A stretch of DNA of 64,000 nucleotides from the NCBI GenBank assembly GCA_963696385.1, contig CAVOKF010000006.1, forward strand, positions 128,001 through 192,000, read 5' to 3'. Numbering within the stretch: position 1 is the first letter of the stretch; each line of letters opens with the position of its first letter. Positions 32,930 through 44,778 of the stretch are shown here, piece by piece. Both the position numbers and the translations under genes were made by a program. The DNA comes from an uncultured delta proteobacterium (GTDB lineage: Bacteria; Myxococcota_A; Polyangia; Polyangiales; Polyangiaceae). The notes below the pieces were generated by a model. That model was not told where the DNA came from. It made no database searches and was given only the letters and a program-made list of their open reading frames with translations.

Positions 32930-34340
32930 TCAGCGGCGTGCGACGGCTTCCGAGCTCGCGTACTTCGGCTCGGTGCAGTTGCCGCAGACCCATGGATACG
33001 TCCAGTCGGCCACCTTCTTGGCACTCTCGGGAATGAAGGGGCTCCAGGCCTGCGCCCGAATGGGTCCCTCCGATTTCCAGACGACTTGGAACTGCCCGTT
33101 GGCCTGCACCTCGCCGATGAAGACGGGCTTGTGCAAGTGATGGTTTTTCGCGTCGAGGGGGATGTCGAAGCCCGAAGGCGATCGGACCGTCTGGTAGCCG
33201 AGTGCCTGACGTACCGCGTCGACGTTGGTCGTGCCGGCCTGGTCAACCGCCTGGGCCCACATGTGCAGCCCAATGTACGTGGCCTCCATCGGATCGTTGG
33301 TGACGCGCTTGTCGCCATCCGGCAGGTTGTGTGCCTTCACGTAGTTTTTCCACTCCGCGATGAACGCCTTGTTTTCCGGCGTGTCAATCGACATGAAATA
33401 ATTCCAAGCCGCCAGATGGCCCACGAGCGGTTTGGTGTCGATGCCGCGAAGCTCCTCCTCACCGACGGAGAACGCCACGACCGGAATGTCGGAGGCCTTG
33501 AGGCCTTGATTCGCGAGCTCCTTGTAGAACGGGACATTCGAGTCGCCGTTGATGGTCGAGATGACGGCCGTGCGCTTGCCAGCCGCGAATTTTTTGAATC
33601 TCTGCGACGATGGTTTGATAGTCGTTGTGACCGAACGGCGTATATTCTTCTTTGATATCGTCGTCTTTCACGCCCTTCGAGTGAAGGAAATAGCGCAGAA
33701 TCTTGTTCGTCGTTCGCGGGTAGACATAGTCCGTTCCGAGCAATACGAATCTCTTGGCGCCGCCGCCCTTCTCGCCCATGAGGTATTCGACGGCCGGAAT
33801 GGCCTGCTGGTTCGGCGCGGCGCCGGTGTAAAATACGTTGTAGGAAGATTCTTCGCCTTCGTATTGAACCGGATAAAATAGTAGTCCGTTGAGCTCTTCG
33901 AAAACGGGCAATACCGACTTGCGCGACACGGAGGTCCAGCAGCCAAAGACCACCGCCACCTTGTCCTTTTGAAGAAGCTCGCGCGCCTTCTCCGCGAAGA
34001 GCGGCCAGTTCGACGCCGGATCGACGACGACCGGCTCGATTTTGCGCCCGAGGACGCCGCCCTTGCCGTTGATCTCTTCGATCGTCATCAGGGCGACGTC
34101 GCGGAGCGACGTCTCGCTGATCGCCATCGTTCCGGAGAGCGAGTGCAAAATGCCGACCTTGATCGGCCCCCCCGGCGCTTCCGCGGGAGCTGCGGCCTTG
34201 GGGGCCTCGGCGCTGGCAGCGGACTCCGCCGGCTTCGACTGATCGGTTGGCTTCGCCTCTTCCTTGCAACCGAGGAAGGCGACTTGGCACAAGGCAGCGA
34301 GCACGACGGACCATCGTCTCATCGGAGGAGGACAAGTCAT
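32930..34340 (-). CDS. urtA: Urea ABC substrate-binding lipoprotein, frameshifted at an A6 run (33590-33595)
   Basis: [29 protein letters not shown]..; the frame continues with [24 protein letters not shown] if one A is removed. Confidence 0.88.
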
Positions 34341-34560
34341 CAGGGGCTCCTTTTTTTAGAAATTTCCGCCGCTAACCCTTCGGCGCGACCCTGACGAGAC
34401 TGCCCTCTCGCTTGTTTCCGCGAGTTGTCGCCCCGATTAACTTTTGCCTTTCGAAACCTACCGGGTCCAAGGAAACGGGCGCGGTCCTGAACGTGGGATT
34501 CGCGGAATGACGCGTCGCGCCCATGAAGGCGGGGGCCTGCTCTCGCCGTTTGATCCGTCG

Positions 34561-34772
34561 AGCGAGAACCGGGCGTTCGGGGGGCGAGAACCGGGCGTTC
34601 GGGGGGAGCGAGAACCGGGCGTTCGGGGGGCGAGAACCGGGCGTTCGGGGAGAGCGAGAACCGGGCGTTCGGGGAGAGCGAGAACCGGGCGTTCGGGGGG
34701 CGAGAAGCGGGCGTTCGGGGAGAGCGAGAACCGGGCGTTCGGGGGGGCGAGAACCGGGCGTTGGGGGAAGCG
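34561..34772. repeat. Nine 22-24 bp G-rich tandem repeats (CGAGAACCGGGCGTTCGGGG(G/A)G)
   Basis: Read directly. Confidence 0.92.
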
Positions 34773-34793
34773 AGGCCAGCCAAAGGCTCGAGG

Positions 34794-35540
34794 TCATTGC
34801 GCGCTGGGGTCCAAGACGGCCTCGGCCCTTGCCTGCAAGACGAGCTCGACCACCCTGTCGATACCGACGTCGTTCTTCGCCTGAGCGAAAACGAAGGGCC
34901 CTTCGCCTCGCATCGCGCGGGAGTCTCAATCCATGACCTGCAAGTCCGCGCCGACGTAAATCGCCAGATCCGTCTTGTTGATGACCAACAAATCGGACTG
35001 GGTGATCCCGGGGCCACCTTTGCGGGGGATCTTGTCTCCCCCGGCGACGTCGATGACGTAAATCGTGTAATCGACGAGTTCGCGGCTGAACTGGGCGGCC
35101 AGATTGTCCCCCCCGCTCTCGATGAGCAAGAGGTCGGGACCGACGTCGGCCGTCAGCTGTTCCAAAGCGTCCAGATTGTGGCTGATGTCCTCGCGAATCG
35201 CGGCGTGCGGACAGCCACCGGTCTCGACGGCGCGGATCCTCTCCGCGGCAAGCGCCCGGTGGCGATGGAGGAAATCGGCGTCCTCGCGCGTGAAGATGTC
35301 ATTGGTCACGACCCCCAAACTCAAGCGCTCGCGCAGGCGGACGCAGAGCGCGAGCGTGAGCGCCGTCTTGCCGCTGCCCACCGGACCGCCGATGCCGACC
35401 GTGAAGGATCGACGCGCGTAGTCGCGCCGACCGGCCGGTGGCCTGTCTCGGAACAGGCCGGGGTGTCGCCCGTGATCGTGGTGGTGACCGTGCAGATCTC
35501 GGTGCTCGTGGTCGTGATCGCGCTCGTCGTCGTGGGCCAT
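34794..35540 (-). CDS. ureG: Urease accessory GTPase with His-rich N-terminus; in-frame TGA at 34926-34928
   Basis: [28 protein letters not shown]; '[16 protein letters not shown]' continues in frame. Confidence 0.9.
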
Positions 35541-35554
35541 GGATTTTCCGAACC

Positions 35555-36226
35555 TCAGCTCTGAAAGAGTCGCGCATACAGGCGATCGTGCGTCGCGGCG
35601 ACCACATCGACGACCGGCGCCACGTTCGCCGCTTCGCTCGCGCGCAGTCCCCTGCACGCCGCCAGGACCCGGTCGAGCGTCGGGCCGTGCCGGTCCTGGA
35701 TCCGCTGGGCCTCGTGCGGCCCGACGACGCCCAGGCGAACCGCGGCCGACAGGATGGCGCGCAATGCGGAATGCAGGTAGAGCCCGAGCGCGTCGCTTTG
35801 GTCCATACCGAGCGAAGCAAGCGTCGCGCCGAAAAGCGGCGCATGATGGGCGGCCACGTCGCCGGCGCGGATGCGCTCGGCGAGCGCGGCGATGGCCGGT
35901 GCGTCGAAGACGCGCGCGCATGTCCCGATGAACGCCCGGCCCTGCGTGCGGCTCGCGCGGTTGGCGACATGATTCGTGAGAAACGCGTCGACCCGGCGAT
36001 CCATCGCCTCGATTTCGTGCGGGGCGTCGAACGTGGCCGTGACGAACGGAAGCGCCGCATGGCCGACGTTCCAGAGATGGACGCCGGCGTACGTCTCGAG
36101 TTCATCGGCGGTGCGAGGCTGGCCGCGATGGATCATCGCTTCGAGGCCCGCGGAATGGGCAAATCCGCCGACGGGAAAAGCCGAATCGGCCATCTGAAGC
36201 ACTCTCCAGCGCGAACGGGCGGTCAC
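35555..36226 (-). CDS. ureF: Urease accessory protein UreF
   Basis: [39 protein letters not shown]. Confidence 0.92.
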   Translation of the reverse strand: MTARSRWRVLQMADSAFPVGGFAHSAGLEAMIHRGQPRTADELETYAGVHLWNVGHAALPFVTATFDAPHEIEAMDRRVDAFLTNHVANRASRTQGRAFIGTCARVFDAPAIAALAERIRAGDVAAHHAPLFGATLASLGMDQSDALGLYLHSALRAILSAAVRLGVVGPHEAQRIQDRHGPTLDRVLAACRGLRASEAANVAPVVDVVAATHDRLYARLFQS

Positions 36227-36232
36227 GGGACC

Positions 36233-37944
<1,712 letters not shown>

Positions 37945-37948
<4 letters not shown>

Positions 37949-38634
37949 GGGGCGCCACCGGGCGAGTCCATGACCGAGGCGATGGCGACCAGGCGGACCG
38001 TCTTCCGATCGCCCGGCTCGAAGCGAACGGCGGTGCCGGCCGGGATGTCGAGGCGTCGACCCGCTGCGCGCTTGCGATCGAACAGGAGCGCGGCATTGGT
38101 CTCATCGAACGGATAGTGACTTCCGACCTGAATGGGGCGATCGCCGACGCTCTCGACGACCAGATCGATGGCCTCGCGCCCGTCGTTGATCACGATCTCG
38201 CCGGGACCGACGAGCAGCTCGCCGGGGTTCGACGCTCGGGCGTGTGCGCTCCCCGCGATGGGCGCGAAGATTTCCGGCCGCGGCACCGGCAGGAACGTGC
38301 CGTAGAGCGCAAGATCGAGGTCGACGGTGGACAGCGCGATGGGACTATGAACCGTCACGAGTTTCGTCCCGTCGGGAAACGTGCCTTCCACCTGAACTTC
38401 CGTGACGAGATCGGCCACTGCCGGCATGACGTGCAGGCGTCCCAGAATGCGCCGGCCGCGATCCATCAAGTCGGCCACCGACCGGCCGTCGCGGATGAAC
38501 TCCAGAAGCTGGGTGGCGATGAGCGCGACGGACTCCGGGTAGTTGAGGCGGATCCCGCGAGCGAGGCGCTTTTGCGCGAGAAATCCCGCCCCGTGCAAGA
38601 CCAGCTTGTCGACGTCGCGAGGGGTCAGGTGCAT
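37945..38634 (-). CDS. ureAB: Fused urease gamma-beta subunit
   Basis: [25 protein letters not shown], linker [35 protein letters not shown]. Confidence 0.93.
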
Positions 38635-38667
38635 CGCGCGCGAGCATGGCGCATTCGCTTTGGCCCG

Positions 38668-39519
38668 TCACCATTTTCGAGCGAAAGGGTCGTCGCCGAG
38701 CCATCGCGCGAGGGACCTGAAACTCGGGCGTAAGACGTGCGACGCGTTCTCGAAACGGTGTGCGGCGACACGCACGACGACGCCGTCGTCCTGCAGCGGA
38801 CTCGCCGCCCAAACGCTGGTGGCATCGTCGGTGGACGGCGCGAGCGGTCCGAGCATCGCTCGGCGCACGTCGGCGAAGCGGGGTCCGATCGCGACGAGCG
38901 ATGCCACCCATTCGTACGGTGCCATCCGCTCCGCGATCGACCCATGAGCCGGATCCAAAAGCGTCGCGTCCACGAAGATGGGTTCGCCGGCGCGCGTGAT
39001 CTCGGTCCTCGACTCGAGACGAGCGAGCTGCCATCGCTCACCGCGTGCAGCGCGTCCGCACGATGTCGCGTCGAAGAGGAGCAGTGACGCATTCGCTGCG
39101 AGCGAGACGTCGACCCTTTGGGTGTAGCGAGCCCCGGCGAAGGGTACGACCGGGTCCGGGAGGATGGCCATCGTCGCGCCTTCGGCAACGTGAACTTCGA
39201 GCCGCTGCGAGCAGCCGCGCGGCGAGCGGTACACTTTGGTGGAGGCCTGAGTGCACACCAGGCCCGACGAGTCAGGCTCCGCATCGAGGATCAGATCGAC
39301 CGCATCGCCATCGACCAGCCCACCGCCGAAACTCGACAGAAATACCCACGCGGCGTGACCGTGATTGCGCGGCGTGAGGATTCGCAATGGACTGGTCGCG
39401 AACGCTCGGGCGAGGACCGTCCGGTCCCCCGTTCGTCGGAAGGCGATCGATCCGCGCCCCGGCCCTCCTGTGGTAAGAGCATCGCGTGCGCGTGAGCCCA
39501 TCGGGTCAGTCGCTGCCAT
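38668..39519 (-). CDS. ureD: Urease accessory protein UreD (start 39519 or 39501)
   Basis: SPLRILTP, FGGGLVDGD, TQASTKVY, LPDPVVPF, GRAARGERW. Confidence 0.88.
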   Translation of the reverse strand: MAATDPMGSRARDALTTGGPGRGSIAFRRTGDRTVLARAFATSPLRILTPRNHGHAAWVFLSSFGGGLVDGDAVDLILDAEPDSSGLVCTQASTKVYRSPRGCSQRLEVHVAEGATMAILPDPVVPFAGARYTQRVDVSLAANASLLLFDATSCGRAARGERWQLARLESRTEITRAGEPIFVDATLLDPAHGSIAERMAPYEWVASLVAIGPRFADVRRAMLGPLAPSTDDATSVWAASPLQDDGVVVRVAAHRFENASHVLRPSFRSLARWLGDDPFARKW

Positions 39520-41318
39520 TGGACATCGCTTCGCTGCGGCGAGGGTACCGCGACTCGAGCATCCGCTGCGTCGATGTCGCGGAAACCGTCCTCGCCGGGA
39601 TCGCGGCCGATAGGACGGCGGGAATTTGGACGGCGCTCCGCGCGAGCGACGAGGTCATCGCCGAGGCGCGATCGCTCGAACGGGCTTATCCGCCGGGGTC
39701 CCGGCCGCCGCTCTACGGGATCCCGTTCGCCGTGAAGGACAATATCGACGTGGGCGGGGTGATGACGACGGCGGCGTGCCCGGAGTTTGCGTACCTGCCC
39801 GGCGATTCGGCACCGGTGGTGGATCGGATCCGTGCGGCGGGCGCTCTTTACATCGGCAAGACGAACCTCGACCAGCTGGCGACCGGACTCGTTGGGGTTC
39901 GGTCGCCATACGGCGTCCCGCCGAATGCCTTCGATCCTCGATATGTGTCCGGCGGCTCGAGCTCCGGCTCCGCCGCGGCGGTGGCTCGGGGATTGGTGAG
40001 CTTCGCCCTCGCTACCGACACCGCCGGCTCGGGCCGCGTCCCGGCGGCACTCAATCACATCGTAGGGCTCAAGCCGAGCCGCGGACTTCTTTCGACGCGT
40101 GGAGTGGTGCCTGCGTGCCGTTCGCTCGATTGCGTCACGATCCTCGCGCTCACGTGCGAAGACGCGACGGAGGTGGCCGCCGTGGCGACGGCATTTGACC
40201 CGGGCGATCCCTATTCGCGAGCCGAAGCTTCCCGTTTTCGATGGCGAGCGGACGTCTCCGGCCGGCGCTGGCGGATCGGGGTTCCACGGCCGGAGGACCA
40301 GTCGTTCGACGACGACGCCGCGCGCGAGCGGTTCGCCGCGGCTCGCGCGGCGCTCGAGCAAATGGGCGCCGCGCTCGAGAACGTCGACATGACGCCGTTC
40401 TTCGAGGCCGGCCGGCTTCTCTATCAAGGCCCCTGGATCGCCGAGCGGCTTTCGGGATTCGACGAGTTCCTCCACACGCATCCCGAGGCGCTGCTGCCGG
40501 TCATTCGAACCATTCTGAATCAAGGAGCCGCATTTCGGGCCACCGATGCCTTTCGCGGTCTCCAATCGCTCGCCGCGTTGCGCCGAGCGGTGGAGCCGCT
40601 TTGGACGACGCTCGATGCTCTGGTTCTTCCGTCGGTCCCCGGCACCCCCCGAATCGACGAAGTCCTTGCCGATCCGATCGCGGTCAACACGCGGCTCGGG
40701 CTCTACACGACGTTTGCGAATTTGCTCGATTTGGCGGCCGTGGCCGTGCCGAGCGGAATCCGTCCAGACGGTCTGCCCTCGGGTGTCACGTTCGTCGGGC
40801 CTTGGGGCAGGGATCCCGTACTCGTCGCGTTGGCATCCGCCTTTCACCGTCGCTCTGGTGGCCCTCTCGGGGCGACGGGATGGCCCTGGCCGGCACCCGC
40901 CGAGCAGGCCGAGCAACCCCTGGAGGGCCGCCTGCTGCTGGCGGTCGTGGGAGCACACCTGTCCGGCATGCCGCTCAATCATCAGCTCACCCATCGGGGG
41001 GCCCATTGCGTGCGCGCGACTCGGACGGCGCCTTCGTATCGGTTGTACGCACTGCCGGGGACTCACCCGCCCAAGCCGGGCCTCGTTCGTGTCGGCGATT
41101 CGCACGGCACGAAAATCGATCTGGAGGTGTGGGCTTTGCCGCACGAGAGCGTCGGCTCATTTTTGGAGGGCGTGGGCGCTCCGCTTGCGATCGGAACGAT
41201 CGACCTCGAAGACGGGGGCAAAGTTCATGGCTTCCTCTGCGAAGCGCACGCGGTCGCCTCTGCCACCGACATCTCGTCGTTCGGCGGATGGCGCGCGTAT
41301 GCCGCGCATCAAGGCTGA
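39486..41318 (+). CDS. atzF: Allophanate hydrolase (start uncertain)
   Basis: AVKDNID, GGSSSGS, TDTAGSGRVP, C-domain AVVGAHLSGMPLNHQL..FGGWRAY. Confidence 0.92.
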   Translation: MRVSPSGQSLPLDIASLRRGYRDSSIRCVDVAETVLAGIAADRTAGIWTALRASDEVIAEARSLERAYPPGSRPPLYGIPFAVKDNIDVGGVMTTAACPEFAYLPGDSAPVVDRIRAAGALYIGKTNLDQLATGLVGVRSPYGVPPNAFDPRYVSGGSSSGSAAAVARGLVSFALATDTAGSGRVPAALNHIVGLKPSRGLLSTRGVVPACRSLDCVTILALTCEDATEVAAVATAFDPGDPYSRAEASRFRWRADVSGRRWRIGVPRPEDQSFDDDAARERFAAARAALEQMGAALENVDMTPFFEAGRLLYQGPWIAERLSGFDEFLHTHPEALLPVIRTILNQGAAFRATDAFRGLQSLAALRRAVEPLWTTLDALVLPSVPGTPRIDEVLADPIAVNTRLGLYTTFANLLDLAAVAVPSGIRPDGLPSGVTFVGPWGRDPVLVALASAFHRRSGGPLGATGWPWPAPAEQAEQPLEGRLLLAVVGAHLSGMPLNHQLTHRGAHCVRATRTAPSYRLYALPGTHPPKPGLVRVGDSHGTKIDLEVWALPHESVGSFLEGVGAPLAIGTIDLEDGGKVHGFLCEAHAVASATDISSFGGWRAYAAHQG

Positions 41319-41489
41319 GGCTCGAGCCCGCACAAAAGCCGAGTCGCGAAGGCGGGAGGGGTCCGTGGCCGCGCACGATCCGGCGGCGATCCTTCGGTCC
41401 TCGAACTGTAAACGCGCGCTAAATTCGCACCCCGGCACGCTCGGGATACCCTGCGGAAACGGTTCTGGGCCCATGGTCGGCCCATGAAG

Positions 41490-41589
41490 CTAGTCCCTCG
41501 ATTCCGCGGAATGGACGGGTCGTTTTCCGCGATATTCCCGACGGGATCGGGTGGTCTCCCCTTGCCGTTTCATGGAATCGGGGTACTCG
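41490..41589 (+). mobile_element. MITE-A copy 4 (diverged)
   Basis: CTAGTCCCTCGATTCC...GGAATCGGGGTACTCG. Confidence 0.85.
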
Positions 41590-41746
41590 CGGGCCTCGCG
41601 ACTCGGCTCGATCCGACGTGGGTCGCGATGGGCGGCGGCCGCACGCCGGGTTGGGTCCACGAGGCAGGCATTCGGGAAACGGGCAGCCCACTCGGAAGGG
41701 TGGGGCCCTCGGCGCCGCCGACGCCCGACGACCCGCAGGATGCGTC

Positions 41747-42490
41747 GTGAGCTCCAAGGCCCCGACCCCTCGTGACAGCCCGTCGGGCAGTGCACGCCCA
41801 TCGGGATTCCAGGCGCAGATCAAGGGCGCGACCATCGGCGACCTCGTTCAGATGGAATGTCTGGCCGGGTCGCGACGGGTCGTCCGCGTGACGTCGGGAA
41901 GCAACGTCGGCTTTCTCTATTTTCGTGGAGGAGCGATCGTCCATGCCGTCGCGCGCACGCTGAGCGGCGAGGCCGCCGCCCTCGACATGCTGTCCTGGAA
42001 CGAAGGCTCCTTCGAGCCCGCCGAGCGCGAATGGCCTGCGAAAGACACCATCGCCTGCAATTGGCAAACGCTCCTCATCCGTGCGGCCCAGCTTCGCGAC
42101 GAGCGCATGGCGCCGAGCCTGCTGGCGCTTCGCCCCGGCGCCCTTGGGCGCCAAGTCGGCGAGAGCATCGAGATCGAAGCGACGCCCATTCTGGTCGCGG
42201 GCCATGTTTTGCGCGGCGAAGACTTCGAAGTCGTTCTGCGCCTCGATCCGGGGGGCGGGATCATGGAAAATCAAGGCGCCACCCAGGATTTCGCGGACAT
42301 CGTCGCGTACGCGTGTCGCCTGACCGAGCTCGTGGGCAATCAGCTGGGGGTCGAGCGGTTCCGTGCGATGGAGTGCATCTTCAAGAGCGGACGCTGCTTT
42401 GTCGTACTCGAGCGCAACGGAGAGGTGATCGCACTTCGGCCGAGGCCAACGACCGAGGTGTCGGCGATCCGCGAGTTACTGGGAATCTAA
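41747..42490 (+). CDS. DUF4388 (PATAN-like) domain protein
   Basis: FQAQIKGATIGDLVQMEC..GFLYFRGGAIVHA..GEAAALDMLSWNEGSF. Confidence 0.75.
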   Translation: MSSKAPTPRDSPSGSARPSGFQAQIKGATIGDLVQMECLAGSRRVVRVTSGSNVGFLYFRGGAIVHAVARTLSGEAAALDMLSWNEGSFEPAEREWPAKDTIACNWQTLLIRAAQLRDERMAPSLLALRPGALGRQVGESIEIEATPILVAGHVLRGEDFEVVLRLDPGGGIMENQGATQDFADIVAYACRLTELVGNQLGVERFRAMECIFKSGRCFVVLERNGEVIALRPRPTTEVSAIRELLGI

Positions 42491-42501
42491 GGAGCCAGAC
42501 C

Positions 42502-43056
42502 ATGCCGAGCATCGAGGGGACGCTGCGAACGCTTCGTGACGTTCAGGGGGTGTACGGCAGTTTTGTGATCGCCGGCACCGGCGCGCTCGTGGCCCGTGAC
42601 CTGCCCGCCGTGTTCGACGGCGACCTCTTCGCGGAGGTGGGCCCGCGCATCACGCGGCTGTACGAGACGTTTCTCACCGGTGGCGAAGAGCTCGACGCGT
42701 GTATTCTACGCTACTCCGAGCACAAGATTTACATCAAGAGGATGACCTGGGGACTCATCGGCATCATCTCGGCTGTGACCGTCAACATGCCGGCCTTGCG
42801 AATGGTAGCGAACCTCGTCGTCCGCCGGATCGATCCCGAAGTCGCCGCCCCGGTGCGCCCGCCCGTCGCCCTCGCGCAGCCTTTGACCGAGCTGGCAGCC
42901 GCGCCCATCGTGACCCGGTCGTCGCCGCCTCCGCGCCTGACCGCGGAGCGAGCAGAGCCCCCGGTTGTGGATCCCCAGGACGGCAGGGATTCCACGCCCC
43001 CCGGGAGCGACGGGCACGTCCGCATGTACCGCGGTCGCCGCGTCGTCGAGGAATGA
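42502..43056 (+). CDS. Roadblock/LC7 (MglB-like) domain protein
   Basis: AAGGAG RBS; LRTLRDVQGVYGSFVIAGTGALVARD..VNMPALRM. Confidence 0.65.
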   Translation: MPSIEGTLRTLRDVQGVYGSFVIAGTGALVARDLPAVFDGDLFAEVGPRITRLYETFLTGGEELDACILRYSEHKIYIKRMTWGLIGIISAVTVNMPALRMVANLVVRRIDPEVAAPVRPPVALAQPLTELAAAPIVTRSSPPPRLTAERAEPPVVDPQDGRDSTPPGSDGHVRMYRGRRVVEE

Positions 43057-43153
43057 ACCGGACGGAGACGGGGGCCGAACGACCGCCCCCGGCTCTCGGT
43101 CGAGGGAGCCGCTCGATCCGACGCCGTGCACCGGATAGTCGGATTCCGATCGG

Positions 43154-44731
43154 TCAGCGCGCGACCGATCGCAGCTCGGCTTCGGAGGCCAGCAGGTCTC
43201 GTCGCGGGTCGGCGGCCGCGCGGGCAACGAGCTCGGGGTATGCCGGGCCGCCGTGCTCCGCCACATCCATGCCCTGTCGCTCGCGCTCGGCCGAAAGACG
43301 GAGCACACCGGCTGCTTTGAGGCCAGCCATCATCAGCAAGGAGGTCACGAAGGTCGCCGTCGTGATGGCGGCGCTGCCCACGGCCTGGGCGCTGAGCTGC
43401 CCCGTGCCGCCCCCGTAAAAGAGCCCAACCACCAGGGATTCGGCCGAGGTGTCCGCCCCGTACGGTCCCGGTGCCCCGTATTGGCCGGTCGCGAAGAGTC
43501 CCAAGCTCAGCGTTCCCCAGATCCCGCAGACTCCGTGGACCGAGACCGCGCCTACCGGATCGTCGATTCGCAGAAACTCGAAAAAGTCGACCGAGAGGAC
43601 GCAGAGGATGCCTGCGACTGCGCCGAGGATGAGGGCTCCCGAGGGGGAGACCCAGTAGCAAGGGCAGGTGATCGCCACCAGGCCCGCCAAGAAGCCATTC
43701 ACGGTGATGCCGCAGTCCCAGTATCGGGCGCGCGCATACACGCAGAAAAGCGCAGACAGTCCACCTCCGCATGCCGCAAGAGTCGTATTGGTGGCGACGC
43801 GCCCAATGCCTTGCAGATCCATGGCCGAGAGCGTGCTTCCCGGGTTGAAACCATACCAGCCAAACCAGAGGATGACCCCGCCCACCGCCGCGAGCGTCAT
43901 ATTGTGTCCGGCCATGATGCCGCCTCCGTCGCGCGCGAACCGGCGGCCGAGGCGGGGGCCGAGGGCCATCGCCCCGGTCAGCGCGACGGCGCCGCCAATC
44001 GTGTGAACCACGGTGGATCCGGCAAAGTCGTGGAAGGCGAGAGGCTTGATCGCCGTCAGCCATCCATCGGGACCCCAAGCCCAATGACCGAAGATCGGGT
44101 AGATGAAACCGCTGACGCCGACGCTGTACCAAAGGTCGCCCACGAAGGCCGTCCGACCTACCATGGCGCCCGACGTGATCGTGCTACACGTATCGGCGAA
44201 GGCGAACTGAAACAACCAGAAGGCCAGCATGGGCACGCCGGTCGACCCGTATGTCTCCGGTGTTCCGTGCAAAAAAAAGTATTCGTGGCCGATGAACCCG
44301 TTGCCCGAGCCGAACATGAACGCGAATCCGAACGCGAAAAAAAGAACACCGCACAGGCAGGTGTCGACGATTCCCTCGAGCAGAACGTTGACGGTCTCTC
44401 GGGTCCTGGAGAATCCGGCCTCGAGAAAGAGAAACCCTGCCTGCATGAAGAAGACGAGGAATGCAGCCGTGAGGGTCCAGGCCGTGTTCAGGGGATTGAC
44501 GCATTCGGAGTGCGGGGGCGTCTGCTCGGCGGCGTAGGCACAGTGCCCGAAGTAGGAGGGAATTCCCCAGGCCAGCGTAAGCACCAACGCGAGGCCGATC
44601 GCCTTTCCGGCGACGATGGCATAGAAGACGCGGCGCGATTCACGCCGGCTCCACCCATCGGCCGCCCGCCGTATCGAACCGAACAAGGACCCAGGCGATT
44701 CCCAAAGGATCATCGAACTGGGCCTTACCAT
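43154..44731 (-). CDS. amtB: Ammonium transporter
   Basis: VFFMQAGF, FQFAFA, DFAGSTVVH, WFGWYGFNPGS, IDDPVGAVSVHG. Confidence 0.95.
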   Translation of the reverse strand: MVRPSSMILWESPGSLFGSIRRAADGWSRRESRRVFYAIVAGKAIGLALVLTLAWGIPSYFGHCAYAAEQTPPHSECVNPLNTAWTLTAAFLVFFMQAGFLFLEAGFSRTRETVNVLLEGIVDTCLCGVLFFAFGFAFMFGSGNGFIGHEYFFLHGTPETYGSTGVPMLAFWLFQFAFADTCSTITSGAMVGRTAFVGDLWYSVGVSGFIYPIFGHWAWGPDGWLTAIKPLAFHDFAGSTVVHTIGGAVALTGAMALGPRLGRRFARDGGGIMAGHNMTLAAVGGVILWFGWYGFNPGSTLSAMDLQGIGRVATNTTLAACGGGLSALFCVYARARYWDCGITVNGFLAGLVAITCPCYWVSPSGALILGAVAGILCVLSVDFFEFLRIDDPVGAVSVHGVCGIWGTLSLGLFATGQYGAPGPYGADTSAESLVVGLFYGGGTGQLSAQAVGSAAITTATFVTSLLMMAGLKAAGVLRLSAERERQGMDVAEHGGPAYPELVARAAADPRRDLLASEAELRSVAR

Positions 44732-44778
44732 TCGGGTGATTTCGACATGGTTTCGCGGTCCCGCCCTCCCTACGACCC

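Noticed and set aside
34926..34928. Selenocysteine TGA in ureG
   Set aside because: The position is a conserved Arg, not Cys; CGA>TGA is simpler.
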